Shown: positions 8,590-18,889, counted from the stretch's first letter. The stretch is DNA of 64,000 nucleotides from Acidimicrobiales bacterium (GCA_050742435.1 JBOGIE010000001.1:1188-65187); one strand, 5' to 3'. A program made the numbers and translations. The notes: a model not told the origin generated them from the letters alone.

Positions 8590-10851
8590 CTAACAGCGGG
8601 CCGCCACCCGGCCGTAGAGCGTGGTGCGCTGCTCCAGCGGCCGGCCCAGGGGGGCCACCACGGCCCGGAAGGCCTCCTCGTCCATGCGCTGGCCGTGGGC
8701 CGCGCCCGCGGCCCGGGAGATGTTCTCGTCCATCAGGGTGCCGCCCAGGTCGTTGGCGCCGGCCTGCAGCACCTGGCGGGCCCCCTTGGCGCCCAGCTTG
8801 ACCCACGACACCTGGATGTTGGGGACGTAGCCGGTGTAGGCGATGCGGCCCACGGCGTGCATGAGCAGGGCCTCCCGGAACGTCGGGCCTCGCCGGGCCC
8901 GGCCCTGGAGGTACAGCGGGGTGGCCATGTGCACGAACGGCAGGGGCACGAACTCGGTGAACCCGCCGGTCTCGGCCTGGAGGGCCCGGGTGCGGACCAT
9001 GTGGCGGGCCCAGTGCACCGGTCGCTCCACCGCCCCGAACATGATCGTGATGTTCGACCGCAGGCCGAGGGAGTGGGCCACCCGGTGGGCCTCGAGCCAC
9101 TCCTCGGTGTCGATCTTGTCGGGACAGAGCACGGCCCGGACCTCGTCGTCGAGGATCTCGGCGGCCGTGCCCGGGAGGGTGGCCAAGCCGACGTCCATCA
9201 GCCGGCGCAGGTAGGCGCCCAGAGGCTCCTCCAGCCGGCGGGCCCCCTCGGTCACCTCGAGGGCGGTGAAGCCGTGGACGTGGATGCCGGGGGCCACGTC
9301 CTTCACCGCCCGGCAGACGTCGACGTAGTAGTCGCCGTCGAAGCTGGGGTGGATGCCGCCCTGCAGGCACACCTCGGTGGCGCCGGCGTCGACCGCCTCC
9401 ACCACCCGCCGTTGGATCTCCTCGACGCCCAGCAGGTAGGGGTCGCCCCGGAGGTTGAGCGACAGCGGGCCCTTGGAGAAGGCGCAGAACCGGCACTTGA
9501 ACGTGCAGACGTTGGTGTAGTTGATGTTGCGGTTGGCCACCCAGGTCACCACGTCGCCCACCGCCCGCCGCCGGAGGTCGTCGGCCACTTCGGCCACCGC
9601 CGCCACCTCCCGGCCCCGGGCCGAGAACAGGGTGACGATCTCCTCCACGCCCACCTCGTGGCCGGCCAGCACGCCGGTCAGCACGTCGGCCACCGCCGAG
9701 CCGGCCCGGGGCGAGCCGGGCAGCAGGCGGGGCGGGGCCATGGTGCCCCCCGCGTGCCAGTCGGGCCGGTCGCGCCCCAGGCCCTCGGCGTCGGAGCGGG
9801 CCAGCACCGCCCGGCGCAGGGCGGGATCGAGCCAGCGGCCCGGTTCGAGGGCGTAGGACGGGTAGACGGTCAGGCGGGCGGTCAGCTCGAACCCCTTTGC
9901 CTCGGTCACTTCGGCCAGGCGCTCGATCTCGGGCCACGGGCGCTCCGGGTTGACGTGGTCGGGGGTGATCGGCGACACCCCGCCCCAGTCGTCGATGCCG
10001 GCGTCGAGGAGGCGACCGAAGTCCTCGGACAGGTTGGGCGGGGCCTGCAGGGAGACCTCGGGCGGGAGCAGCAGGCGGGCCGCGGCCAGCGACCAGAGCT
10101 CCTCCTCGGGCGGGCAGGCGGGCGCGTTCCACATGGCCGTGCCCGCCTTGGGCACGAAGTTCTGGACGATCACCTCCTGGACGTGGCCGTGCCGGAGGTG
10201 GCTGGCGGCGATGGCCTCCAGCGCCTCGACCCGGTCGGCCCGGCTCTCGCCGATGCCCACGAGGATGCCGGTCGTGAACGGGATGGCCAGGGCACCGGCG
10301 GCCTCCAGCGTGTCCAGGCGGCGGGCGGGGTCCTTGTCGGGCGCCCCCCGGTGGCAGTCCAGCCCCGGGTTGAGGGACTCCAGCATCATCCCCTGGGAGG
10401 CGGAGACCTCCCGCAGCCGGGCCAGCTCGGCCGGCGGGAGGGCGCCGGCGTTGGCGTGGGGAAGGAGGCCGGTCTCGGCCACCACCAGGCCGCACATGGC
10501 GGCCAGGTAGCCGACGGTGGACTCGTACCCGTGCTCGTCCAGCCACGACCGGGCCGCCGGGTAGCGGTCCTCGGGGGCCTCGCCCAGGGTGAACAGGGCC
10601 TCGTGGCAGCCGGCGGCGGCCCCGGCCGCGGCGATGGCCAGCACCTCCTCGGGCGACAGGTAGGCCGCCGGCAGCCGGGCGGGGGCGGTGGCGAAGGTGC
10701 AGTACCCGCACCGGTCCCGGCACAGCCGGGTCAGGGGGATGAAGACCTTGGGCGAGTAGGTCACCCGGCGACCGTGGGCGGCATCACGTACGGCGGAAGC
10801 GGCGGCGAGCAGCTCCGGCAGGGGCGCGCCCAGGATGTCGGCCGGCGTCAC
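8590..10851 (-). CDS. fbiC: FO synthase FbiC (fused CofG/CofH), F420 biosynthesis
   Basis: 753 aa with two radical-SAM motifs, CRDRCGYCTF and CTFKCRFCAF. The two-domain architecture is typical of actinobacterial FbiC. Confidence 0.9.
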   Translation of the reverse strand: MTPADILGAPLPELLAAASAVRDAAHGRRVTYSPKVFIPLTRLCRDRCGYCTFATAPARLPAAYLSPEEVLAIAAAGAAAGCHEALFTLGEAPEDRYPAARSWLDEHGYESTVGYLAAMCGLVVAETGLLPHANAGALPPAELARLREVSASQGMMLESLNPGLDCHRGAPDKDPARRLDTLEAAGALAIPFTTGILVGIGESRADRVEALEAIAASHLRHGHVQEVIVQNFVPKAGTAMWNAPACPPEEELWSLAAARLLLPPEVSLQAPPNLSEDFGRLLDAGIDDWGGVSPITPDHVNPERPWPEIERLAEVTEAKGFELTARLTVYPSYALEPGRWLDPALRRAVLARSDAEGLGRDRPDWHAGGTMAPPRLLPGSPRAGSAVADVLTGVLAGHEVGVEEIVTLFSARGREVAAVAEVADDLRRRAVGDVVTWVANRNINYTNVCTFKCRFCAFSKGPLSLNLRGDPYLLGVEEIQRRVVEAVDAGATEVCLQGGIHPSFDGDYYVDVCRAVKDVAPGIHVHGFTALEVTEGARRLEEPLGAYLRRLMDVGLATLPGTAAEILDDEVRAVLCPDKIDTEEWLEAHRVAHSLGLRSNITIMFGAVERPVHWARHMVRTRALQAETGGFTEFVPLPFVHMATPLYLQGRARRGPTFREALLMHAVGRIAYTGYVPNIQVSWVKLGAKGARQVLQAGANDLGGTLMDENISRAAGAAHGQRMDEEAFRAVVAPLGRPLEQRTTLYGRVAARC

Positions 10852-10918
10852 GTTCCCACAGTAGGTGCCCGCGTCACGTCCGCCCGCCGCGGCGACGACA
10901 CGGGCGGCACGCGGGGCG

Positions 10919-11584
10919 CTAACCGGCAGCTGCGGGGTCGACCAGCCAGATGAGACGGTCGACGGTGATGCGGGTGGCGGGGACGTCGGGGTCGCCCCGG
11001 CGCACGGCGGCGAAGGCCTCCCGCTTCTCCTCGCCCTCGACGGTGACCACCGCCAGCCGGGCCCGGGCGATGCCCGAGAAGGTGAGGGTCATCCGCCGGT
11101 GGGGGTTGTTGCCCTTGGGGTCGTCGTTCATCACGACCAGTCGGCCGGGATCGGCCTCCAGGGCCGTGGAGCCGGGGAACAGCGAGGCGGTGTGGCCGTC
11201 GGGGCCGAGGCCCAGGTGGACCAGGTCGAGGCGGCCGGCCTGGGCCACCCGCTGCTGGTAGGGGTCCGGACCGTCGTCGCAGCGCATGGGGTAGACGGCG
11301 TTGGCCGCCCCCACCCGCTCCAGCAGGGCCTCCCGCCCGAGGCGCTCGTTGGAGTCGGCGTCGTCGGGCGGCACGCAGCGCTCGTCGCCCCAGTACACGT
11401 CGACCTGCCACCAGTCGATCTGGTCGGCCCCGTCCGCGGCTAGGCGCTCATAGCAGCGGCGGGCGGTGCTCCCGCCGGAGAGCACCAGTGAGAAGCCGTC
11501 GCCCGGCCGGTTCAGGAAGGCCTCGACCACCCGTTCCGAGAACTCCCCGGGCACGTCGTCGACCACGATCACTTCACCGTTCAC
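10919..11584 (-). CDS. pgl: 6-phosphogluconolactonase
   Basis: Motifs include LVLSGGST, WGDERCVPPDD and LGLGPDGHTASLFPG. The gene lies downstream of opcA. Confidence 0.9.
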   Translation of the reverse strand: MNGEVIVVDDVPGEFSERVVEAFLNRPGDGFSLVLSGGSTARRCYERLAADGADQIDWWQVDVYWGDERCVPPDDADSNERLGREALLERVGAANAVYPMRCDDGPDPYQQRVAQAGRLDLVHLGLGPDGHTASLFPGSTALEADPGRLVVMNDDPKGNNPHRRMTLTFSGIARARLAVVTVEGEEKREAFAAVRRGDPDVPATRITVDRLIWLVDPAAAG

Positions 11585-11593
11585 TCTGCAGCC

Positions 11594-12604
11594 TCATTGG
11601 CCTCCCTCTGCCAGTCGCAGTTCCCGTACGCCGGCGAGGGCTTCTTCGTAGATTTCGTCGTGGCCGACTCTCGTCAGCGCCTCGGCCAGGGCCAGCGAGG
11701 GCCACTGGTGGCGCATCATGACCGTCTGTTCGACCTGGGGCCCGTCCTCGATGGAGACGCAGGACTGGATCGACCGCTCGGCCCCGTGCCGGACCACCGT
11801 GAACGTCCCCCGCTTCCCGCCCGAGACGGCGTGGATGACGACCGAGACGTGGTCGGCGGGCTGCAGCTCGACCCGGCTGGGTGGCAGCTCCAGGCGCTTC
11901 AGCAGCCAGCCGCCCAGCAGGTACCGGGGCCCGTAGTTCCCGCACACCTCCACCCGGTCCACCGCGTGCAGGTATGGCCGGTAGACGGCCCCCTCGAACA
12001 GGCCGGCCAGCATGCTGCGCCACTGGGTCAGGCGCATCCAGGACAGGTCGGCCACCGGCAGGCGCTTGGCCAGCGTGGCGCTGCGGGCCAGGACGTCGCC
12101 GCCGGCCTCGGCTACCGCCCGGCTGTCGACCACCACCCGGTCGGCCGCCTGCATGAGGGTGTCGCCGGGCTTGGGCAGGCCGGCGGGCAGCCAGACCACC
12201 AGGGGCACGTCGGGGAGGGCGAAGGGCTCGACCACGGAGTCCAGGTGGTGGCGGGCCTTCCCCCGGACCCGCAGCACGACCTCCTCGAAGCACACCGCCT
12301 GGCCCTCGCGCTCGATGGCGTGGACCCACACCGCGGCGTCCATGGCGTTGGGGGCGTCGGGCTCTTCGAGGGCGACGATGACCAGGGCGCGTGACGGGTG
12401 GCGGACGCCCAGGTCGGCGATGATGCTGCGGGCGCCCTCGGCCTCGGCCTCGCTACGGACCACGGCGACGAGGGTGAGCACGCTGGTCCGCACCGCGGCC
12501 CGCTGCTCGTGGCGGCGCAGTTCGGTGAGGGCGCTCTCCACCTGCCCGACCGTGACGTTGTCGGACTCCCACGATCCGATGGTGGTCCGTACGGGGGTGG
12601 CCAT
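11594..12604 (-). CDS. opcA: Glucose-6-phosphate dehydrogenase assembly protein OpcA
   Basis: ATG at 12604 lies within track ORF 11594-13879, in frame. The 336-aa product sits 5 nt after the zwf stop, the typical actinobacterial zwf-opcA-pgl order. Confidence 0.85.
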   Translation of the reverse strand: MATPVRTTIGSWESDNVTVGQVESALTELRRHEQRAAVRTSVLTLVAVVRSEAEAEGARSIIADLGVRHPSRALVIVALEEPDAPNAMDAAVWVHAIEREGQAVCFEEVVLRVRGKARHHLDSVVEPFALPDVPLVVWLPAGLPKPGDTLMQAADRVVVDSRAVAEAGGDVLARSATLAKRLPVADLSWMRLTQWRSMLAGLFEGAVYRPYLHAVDRVEVCGNYGPRYLLGGWLLKRLELPPSRVELQPADHVSVVIHAVSGGKRGTFTVVRHGAERSIQSCVSIEDGPQVEQTVMMRHQWPSLALAEALTRVGHDEIYEEALAGVRELRLAEGGQ

Positions 12605-12609
12605 CGGGA

Positions 12610-14145
12610 TCAGGGCTTGCGCCAGTGCCGGCCGTCCCGTTCGAGGAGTGCGTCGGCCTCGGGTGGCCCCCAGGTGCCGGCCTCGTAGCGGGCGAGGGGG
12701 AGGTCGCCCTCCTGGAAGGCGTCGAGCACCGGCTCGACGATCCGCCACGCCTGGGCCACCTCGTCGGAGCGGATGAAGAGCGTCGGGTCGCCCAGCAGGG
12801 CGTCGAGCAGGAGGCGCTCGTAGGCCTCCGGCGTCTCCTCCAGGAAGGCGGCGCCGTAGAAGAAGTCCATCGACACCGACCGCACCCGGAAGGCCTGGCC
12901 CGGCACCTTGGCCCCGAACCGCAGGGTGATGCCCTCGTCGGGCTGGATGCGCAGGACCAGGGCGTCGGGGTCGAGCCCCTCGGCCTGGCTCGTGGCGAAC
13001 GGCAGGTGCGGCACCCGGTTGAACTCCATGGCCACCTCGGTGACCCGCTTGGGCAGGCACTTCCCGGTGCGGACGTAGAACGGCACGCCCGCCCACCGCC
13101 AGTTGTCGACCTTGAGGCGCATGGCCACGTAGGTCTCCGTCTGGCTGTGGGGGTCGACGCCCTCCTCGTCGCGGTAGCTCTGGACCTCGGCGCCCTGCAC
13201 CCACCCCGCCCGGTACTGGCCCCGGACCACGTTGCGGGTCACATCGTCGGGACCGAGGATGTCGACGGCCCGCAGGGCCTTGACCTTCTCGTCGCGGATG
13301 CCGCCGGCGTCGAAGGTGGCCGGGGGTTCCATCAGGGTCAGGGCCAGGACCTGCATGACATGGTTCTGCACGATGTCGCGGACCGCCCCTGCCCGCTCGT
13401 AGAAGCCGCCCCGGTGGCCGACGCCCAGCGACTCGGCCACGGTGATCTGCACGTGGTTGACGTAGCGGCGGTTCCAGATGGGCTCGAAGATGGCGTTGGC
13501 GAAGCGCAGGGCCAGGACGTTCTGGACCGTCTCCTTCCCCAGGTAGTGGTCGATCCGGTACACCTGGGACTCCTCGAACGCCTCGTGCACGGTGGCGTCG
13601 AGCTTCTCGGCCGACCGCTCGTCGTGGCCGTAGGGCTTCTCGATGACGATGCGCACGAAGGCGTCGTCGGTGGCCGGGCGGTTGAGGCCGCAGTGGGCCA
13701 GGCCCCGGACCACGATCGGGAAGGTGTCGGGCGGGGTGGCCAGGTAGATGAGGCGGTTCTGGGCCGTGCCCCGCTGGGCGTCCAGCTCCTCGAGGGCCTC
13801 CTTCAGCCGCTTGAACGTGTCGGGGTCGGAGTAGTCGCCGGCCACGTACCGGAACCCCCCGCCGGCGAAGGCCTCCCACACGTGCTTGGCCTCCTCGCCG
13901 CCCCCGCCGGCGCTCTCCACGGCCACCTGCATCCGTTCGAGGAACTCGCCGTCGTCCATCTCCGTGCGGGCCACGCCCACCACCGAGAAGCCGGGGGGCA
14001 GCAGCCGGCGCAGGGCCAGGCGCTCGACCGCGGGCATGAGCTTGCGGCTGGTGAGGTCTCCGGACGCGCCGAACACCACGAGCACGGCGGGCGGCGCCAC
14101 CCGCTCGACGGTGGGCTCGGCCAACGGGTTGTCGATTGAGGTCAT
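12610..14145 (-). CDS. zwf: Glucose-6-phosphate 1-dehydrogenase
   Basis: Motifs are VVFGASGDLTSRKL and RIDHYLGKETVQN. 511 aa. Confidence 0.95.
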   Translation of the reverse strand: MTSIDNPLAEPTVERVAPPAVLVVFGASGDLTSRKLMPAVERLALRRLLPPGFSVVGVARTEMDDGEFLERMQVAVESAGGGGEEAKHVWEAFAGGGFRYVAGDYSDPDTFKRLKEALEELDAQRGTAQNRLIYLATPPDTFPIVVRGLAHCGLNRPATDDAFVRIVIEKPYGHDERSAEKLDATVHEAFEESQVYRIDHYLGKETVQNVLALRFANAIFEPIWNRRYVNHVQITVAESLGVGHRGGFYERAGAVRDIVQNHVMQVLALTLMEPPATFDAGGIRDEKVKALRAVDILGPDDVTRNVVRGQYRAGWVQGAEVQSYRDEEGVDPHSQTETYVAMRLKVDNWRWAGVPFYVRTGKCLPKRVTEVAMEFNRVPHLPFATSQAEGLDPDALVLRIQPDEGITLRFGAKVPGQAFRVRSVSMDFFYGAAFLEETPEAYERLLLDALLGDPTLFIRSDEVAQAWRIVEPVLDAFQEGDLPLARYEAGTWGPPEADALLERDGRHWRKP

Positions 14146-14209
14146 CGCTCGAACACCGTCATCCGCGGCATGCTAGGGGAGCAGTGGGGTCGGGCGGAGC
14201 GGCCGCCCG

Positions 14210-15310
14210 TCAGGACGTGGCCATGAGCTCGGCGGCCTTGTCCCCCAGCGTGGTCATGAGCTCGTCGAAGGACTTGGCGAAGGACGCCACGCCCTCCTCC
14301 TCCAGCGTCCGGCTGACCTCGGCCATCTCGACGCCGACCCGGGCCAGGTCGTCCATGACCTGGTGGGCCTCGTCGAGGCCCTTGTTGATCGTGCAGGCGA
14401 CGGTGCCCCGGCGCTCGAAGGCGTCGATGGTGGCGTCGGGCATGGTGTTGATGGTGTCGGGCCCGATGAGGCTGTCGACGTAGAGGGTGTCGGGGTAGGC
14501 CGGGTTCTTGGTGGACGTCGACGCCCACAGCGGCCGCTGTACCCGTGCCCCCTGGTCGCACAGGGCGTCCCACCGCTCGCCCCGGAACCGGGTGGTGAAC
14601 AGCTCGTAGGCCAGCTTGGCCTGGGCCACGGCCGCCTTGCCCCGAAGGGCCAGGGCCTCGTCGGTGCCGATCTTCTGCAGCCGGCGGTCGACCTCGGTGT
14701 CGACCCGGCTGACGAAGAACGACGCCACGCTGTGGACCCGGGACAGGTCGCCCTCGCAGGCCTCGAGCCCCGACAGGTAGGCCTCGATGACCTCGTCGTA
14801 GCGGTCGATGGAGAAGATCAGGGTGACGTTGATGCTGCGACCCTCGGCGATCATCTGGCGGATGGCGGGGATGCCGGCCGCGGTGCCCGGGATCTTCACC
14901 AGCAGGTTGGGCTCGTCGATGCGCTCGTGCAGGTCACGGGCCGAGGCGATGGTGCCCTCGGTGTCGTTGGCCAGCCCGGGGGCGACCTCGATGGACACGA
15001 AGCCGTCGCCCCCTGCGCTCTCGTCGTAGATCGGGCGCAGGAGGCCCAGGGCGGCCTCCACGTCGTCGATCACCAGGTCCCAGTAGGCGTCGTCTACCGA
15101 CTCCTTGCGCTCGATGAGCCCCCGGAACTGGTCGTCGTACTCGGCCTGCCCGGCGATGGCCTTCTGGAAGATCGTGGGGTTCGACGTGATGCCCCGGATC
15201 CCCTCGTTGACGAAGCGCGTCAGCTCGCCGCTGGAGAGGTAGCCCCGCTTGAGGTTGTCCAGCCACGGGCTCTGTCCCTGCTCCTGAAACAGTCGCTGGA
15301 GTCGTGTCAT
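14210..15310 (-). CDS. tal: Transaldolase (actinobacterial long type)
   Basis: Motifs are QSPWLDNLKRGYL, GITSNPTIFQKAI and LLVKIPGT. 366 aa. Confidence 0.9.
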   Translation of the reverse strand: MTRLQRLFQEQGQSPWLDNLKRGYLSSGELTRFVNEGIRGITSNPTIFQKAIAGQAEYDDQFRGLIERKESVDDAYWDLVIDDVEAALGLLRPIYDESAGGDGFVSIEVAPGLANDTEGTIASARDLHERIDEPNLLVKIPGTAAGIPAIRQMIAEGRSINVTLIFSIDRYDEVIEAYLSGLEACEGDLSRVHSVASFFVSRVDTEVDRRLQKIGTDEALALRGKAAVAQAKLAYELFTTRFRGERWDALCDQGARVQRPLWASTSTKNPAYPDTLYVDSLIGPDTINTMPDATIDAFERRGTVACTINKGLDEAHQVMDDLARVGVEMAEVSRTLEEEGVASFAKSFDELMTTLGDKAAELMATS

Positions 15311-15320
15311 GGTCCCGACG

Positions 15321-16508
15321 CTATTCCCTTGGGGGACGTTCGGGAACCGTATTCTCCTTCGAGAGCAGAACGACCGAGGCGGTGAAGCCGTGCATGAAGT
15401 TGTGGCCGCCGATCGGCCCGAGCTCGCCGGCGCAGAACATCCCGGCCACCGGCGCGCCCCCCAGGCTCTCGGACACCACTGAGGCGTCGTGGTGCGGTTC
15501 GGGGAACAGGTGGGTGCCCCGGCCGTTGCAGGTGAACACCAGGGCGGCCTGAGCGGACTGGCCGTCGACCATGCGGCGCAGGTCCTGGTCGGCCGACGAG
15601 GCGTCGCGCACCTGGAACTGGGCCGTCGAGCCGACCTCCACGATGTCGGCCACCCGCAGGGCCCCGCTGCTGGGGTCGGCGCCGACCACGGTGCGGACGA
15701 GGAAGTCGCCGGGACCGAAGTCCAGCTGGTTCTCGTCGATCACCCGGCCGATCTGGACCAGCTCGGACAGGAGCTGCCGGTCCTCGTCGGTCAGCTCGGC
15801 CGCCACCTCCTGCAGCCGTTCGATGGCCGTACGGCCGGCCAGCTCGTAGACGATGTTCTGCTCCGCCCTGGTCACGACGAACGGGCTCCCCACCGGCCGG
15901 CATCCCTGGGAGACGACGGTGGTGACCTGCACGTCGGGGCCGAGGAAGGCGCCGACCGCCCCCTCGCTCACCACCTGGTCGTCGATGACCAGGCGGTTGC
16001 CCCCGGGCGCCCGGGCCGCCGAGGCCATGCCGCCGACCACGGGCATGCCGGGGCGGTCCTCCTCCAGGCGACGCAGGAGGTCGTCGGTGGGGAAGGTGAA
16101 GGGGTCGGGGATGAGCAGCAGGGCGCTGGCGTCGTCGGGGATGGTGTCTGGCCAGCCGGTGAAGGTCAGGCCGTCGGGCGAGGGGGCCACGTTCAGGTGG
16201 AACGGGGTGACGGCGCCGGTGCGGCCGGCCCACAGCGAGATGGCCGGGCCGCGCTCCACCTCGCGCTCGCCGCCGACCACCGACACCGCCGCGCACCCGA
16301 GGAGGGCGCCGGGGGCCAGCGTGGCCCGCACGGTGGCGACGATGTCGCCCAGGACGCGGGCGTGCAGCGGGGTGACGAACACCAGGGCCAGGTCGGGCGG
16401 GCGGTCACCGTCGCCGAGAGCCTCCAGCACCCGTCCCACCACGTCGCCGGTGGCCACCGCGGCGTCGGGGTGCTGGGAGAGGGCGGCGGCAAAGGGGCGC
16501 CCGCTCAC
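15321..16508 (-). CDS. FIST N/C domain-containing sensory protein
   Basis: 395 aa. The C-terminal AGMFCAGELGPIGGHNFMHGFTASVVLL matches the FIST_C pattern. The gene ends 10 nt upstream of the tal start. Confidence 0.75.
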   Translation of the reverse strand: MSGRPFAAALSQHPDAAVATGDVVGRVLEALGDGDRPPDLALVFVTPLHARVLGDIVATVRATLAPGALLGCAAVSVVGGEREVERGPAISLWAGRTGAVTPFHLNVAPSPDGLTFTGWPDTIPDDASALLLIPDPFTFPTDDLLRRLEEDRPGMPVVGGMASAARAPGGNRLVIDDQVVSEGAVGAFLGPDVQVTTVVSQGCRPVGSPFVVTRAEQNIVYELAGRTAIERLQEVAAELTDEDRQLLSELVQIGRVIDENQLDFGPGDFLVRTVVGADPSSGALRVADIVEVGSTAQFQVRDASSADQDLRRMVDGQSAQAALVFTCNGRGTHLFPEPHHDASVVSESLGGAPVAGMFCAGELGPIGGHNFMHGFTASVVLLSKENTVPERPPRE

Positions 16509-16569
16509 CGGACCACCCTCGTTCCTCGGGCGGTCCAGTGGATCTCTCTGGACCGGCCTCTCGGGCCGC

Positions 16570-16959
16570 TCATGACGCGGGAGGCAGCAGCGTGAGGGGG
16601 ACGACCACCGGGGCCCCGCCGGTGAGCCGGACGTGGGCCTCGATCGTGCCGTACTCCTCGTACTTCAGCTCACCCTTCACCAGCAGCCGGCCGAACTTCC
16701 CCGGTTGCACGGTGACGGGCTGGGCGTTGCGGGCCACCTCTGCCCCTTTGGCGTCCATGAACTCCACCTCCAGGGTGCCCGTGCCGGGATCGTCGGGTGG
16801 GCAGCGCACGAAGACGACCAGGTGCGGGGCGATCTCGACCGGCAGCTCGCCGGGCGAGGCCAGGGAGAACATGACGCCGGTCAGGTCGAACCGGGTGGAG
16901 GGGCCAGGGACCTGGCGCTGGTTGATCCCCTCCACGAAAAGGGCAGCCACAATGTCCAT
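16570..16959 (-). CDS. Hypothetical protein (129 aa), no family recognised
   Basis: Clean ATG ORF with GC-rich third positions. It is transcribed divergently from tkt and upstream of the FIST gene. Confidence 0.6.
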   Translation of the reverse strand: MDIVAALFVEGINQRQVPGPSTRFDLTGVMFSLASPGELPVEIAPHLVVFVRCPPDDPGTGTLEVEFMDAKGAEVARNAQPVTVQPGKFGRLLVKGELKYEEYGTIEAHVRLTGGAPVVVPLTLLPPAS

Positions 16960-17013
16960 GGCCTGAACCTAGGCCGTTTGGGGGGCTACCGGGGAAGAAC
17001 GTAGGATCGTCAC

Positions 17014-18879
17014 ATGGACGACGAGAAGCGCCGAATCGACGAGAAGAGTCAGTGGCAGGAGCTCGGGCAGCAGCTGCGAGTGGATGCGGTGCAGGTCAGC
17101 GGTGTCGCCGGATCAGGCCACCCGACCTCCTCGATGTCGGCGGCCGACCTCATGGCCGTCCTGATCAGCAAATACCTGCACTACGACTTCAACGACCCGG
17201 AGAACCCGGGCAATGACCACCTGATCTTCTCCAAGGGGCACGCGTCGCCCCTGCTCTACGCCATCTACAAGGCGGTCGGCGCGGTCACCGAGGAGGAGAT
17301 GGGCACCTACCGCCAGGCCGGCAGCCGGCTGGAGGGCCACCCCACGCCCGACATCCCGTGGGTCGACGTGGCCACCGGCTCGCTGGGGCAGGGCCTGCCC
17401 ATCGCGGTCGGCGTGGCCATGGCCGGCAAGAAGCTCGACCAGCTCGACTTCCGCACGTGGGTGCTGTGCGGGGACTCCGAGATGGCCGAGGGGTCCATGT
17501 GGGAGGCCTTCGAGGAGGCCAGCTTCGCCGGGCTCGACAACCTCACCGCCATCATCGACGTCAACCGCCTGGGCCAGAGCGGCCCCACCCGCCACGAGTG
17601 GGACCTCGACGCCTACCGCAACCGGGCCGAGGCCTTCGGCTGGCACGCCATCGAGGTCGACGGCCACGACGTGGAGGCCATCGACGGCGCCTTCGCCGAG
17701 GCCGTGGCCACCAAGGACAAGCCCTCGGTGATCATCGCCAAGACCAAGAAGGGCGCGGGCGTGAAGTCGGTCGAGGACCAGCTCAACGCCCACGGCAAGG
17801 CGGTGCCCGACTACGAGGACGCCATCGAGGAGCTCGGCGGCGACCGCAACATCATCGTGGACGTCCCCAAGCCGCCGTCCGGCGCCAAGCCCCGTTCGTT
17901 CGACACCGGGTCCCTCGAGCTGCCGACCTACGAGCAGGGCGAGAAGGTCGCCACCCGCAAGGCCTACGGCGAGGCGCTGGCCGCTCTCGGCAAGGCCCGG
18001 GGCGACGTGGTGGCCCTCGACGGCGAGGTCTCCAACTCCACGTACTCGGAGATCTTCCGCGAGGCCCACCCCGAGCGGTACTTCGAGTGCTACATCGCCG
18101 AGCAGCAGATGATCGCCCTGGCCGTCGGCATGCAGGTCCAGCACTGGAACCCCTTCGCCTCCACCTTCGCCGCCTTCCTCACCCGGGCCTACGACTTCAT
18201 CCGCATGGCCGCCGTCAGCCAGGCCCGCATGAACATCTGCGGGTCCCACGCCGGCGTGTCCATCGGCGAGGACGGGCCGTCGCAGATGGGGCTCGAGGAC
18301 CTGGCCGCCTTCCGGGCCGTCCACAACAGCACCGTCCTCTACCCGAGCGACGGGGTGCAGACCGCCCACCTGGTGGCCCTGATGGCCGACCTCCCCGAGG
18401 GCATCGCCTACCTGCGCACCACCCGGGGCGCCACGCCGGTCATCTACGGCCCGGACGAGACCTTCGAGATCGGCGGGTCTAAGGTCCTGCGCTCCTCCGA
18501 CGACGACAAGGTCACCATCGTCGGCGCCGGCATCACCCTCCACGAGGCGCTCAAGGCGGCCGACGCCCTGTCGGCCGACGGGATCAACGCCCGGGTGATC
18601 GACCTGTACTCGGTCAAGCCGCTCGACGCCGCCACCCTCACCGAGGCGGCCCGGGCCACCGAGGGCCGGGTACTCACCGTCGAGGACCACTGGCCCGAGG
18701 GCGGCATCGGCGACGCGGTCGCGTCGGCCCTGGGCGAGGCGCAGCTGGACACGCCGCTCCGGCTGGTCAAGCTGGCCGTCTCCCGCATGCCGGGCTCGGC
18801 CAAGCCCGACGAGTGCATCGCCGCCGCCGGCATCGACGCCGAGTCCATCGCCGGGGCGGCCCGCAAGCTGGCCGGCTAG
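17014..18879 (+). CDS. tkt: Transketolase
   Basis: 621 aa. GSGHPTSSMSAADL, DHLIFSKGHASPLLYA and GSLGQGLPIAVG are ThDP-binding motifs. Confidence 0.9.
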   Translation: MDDEKRRIDEKSQWQELGQQLRVDAVQVSGVAGSGHPTSSMSAADLMAVLISKYLHYDFNDPENPGNDHLIFSKGHASPLLYAIYKAVGAVTEEEMGTYRQAGSRLEGHPTPDIPWVDVATGSLGQGLPIAVGVAMAGKKLDQLDFRTWVLCGDSEMAEGSMWEAFEEASFAGLDNLTAIIDVNRLGQSGPTRHEWDLDAYRNRAEAFGWHAIEVDGHDVEAIDGAFAEAVATKDKPSVIIAKTKKGAGVKSVEDQLNAHGKAVPDYEDAIEELGGDRNIIVDVPKPPSGAKPRSFDTGSLELPTYEQGEKVATRKAYGEALAALGKARGDVVALDGEVSNSTYSEIFREAHPERYFECYIAEQQMIALAVGMQVQHWNPFASTFAAFLTRAYDFIRMAAVSQARMNICGSHAGVSIGEDGPSQMGLEDLAAFRAVHNSTVLYPSDGVQTAHLVALMADLPEGIAYLRTTRGATPVIYGPDETFEIGGSKVLRSSDDDKVTIVGAGITLHEALKAADALSADGINARVIDLYSVKPLDAATLTEAARATEGRVLTVEDHWPEGGIGDAVASALGEAQLDTPLRLVKLAVSRMPGSAKPDECIAAAGIDAESIAGAARKLAG

Positions 18880-18889
18880 CCCCTTTCAC

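Noticed and set aside
8537-10723. Long alternative-frame and antisense ORFs overlapping real genes. Examples are 8537-10723, 8695-10953, 497-1720, 4685-6940, 17113-18690, 33667-36039, 32654-34252, 58066-60561 and 43104-44996 (upstream part).
   Set aside because: Their translations are dominated by R/G/P/A/H runs with no motifs. In every case another frame at the same locus encodes a clearly recognisable protein with GC-rich third codon positions.
11594-13879. A 761-aa ORF that suggests a very large OpcA.
   Set aside because: The OpcA-like sequence begins at ATG 12604. Upstream codons are a shadow of zwf, whose real frame is 12610-14145.
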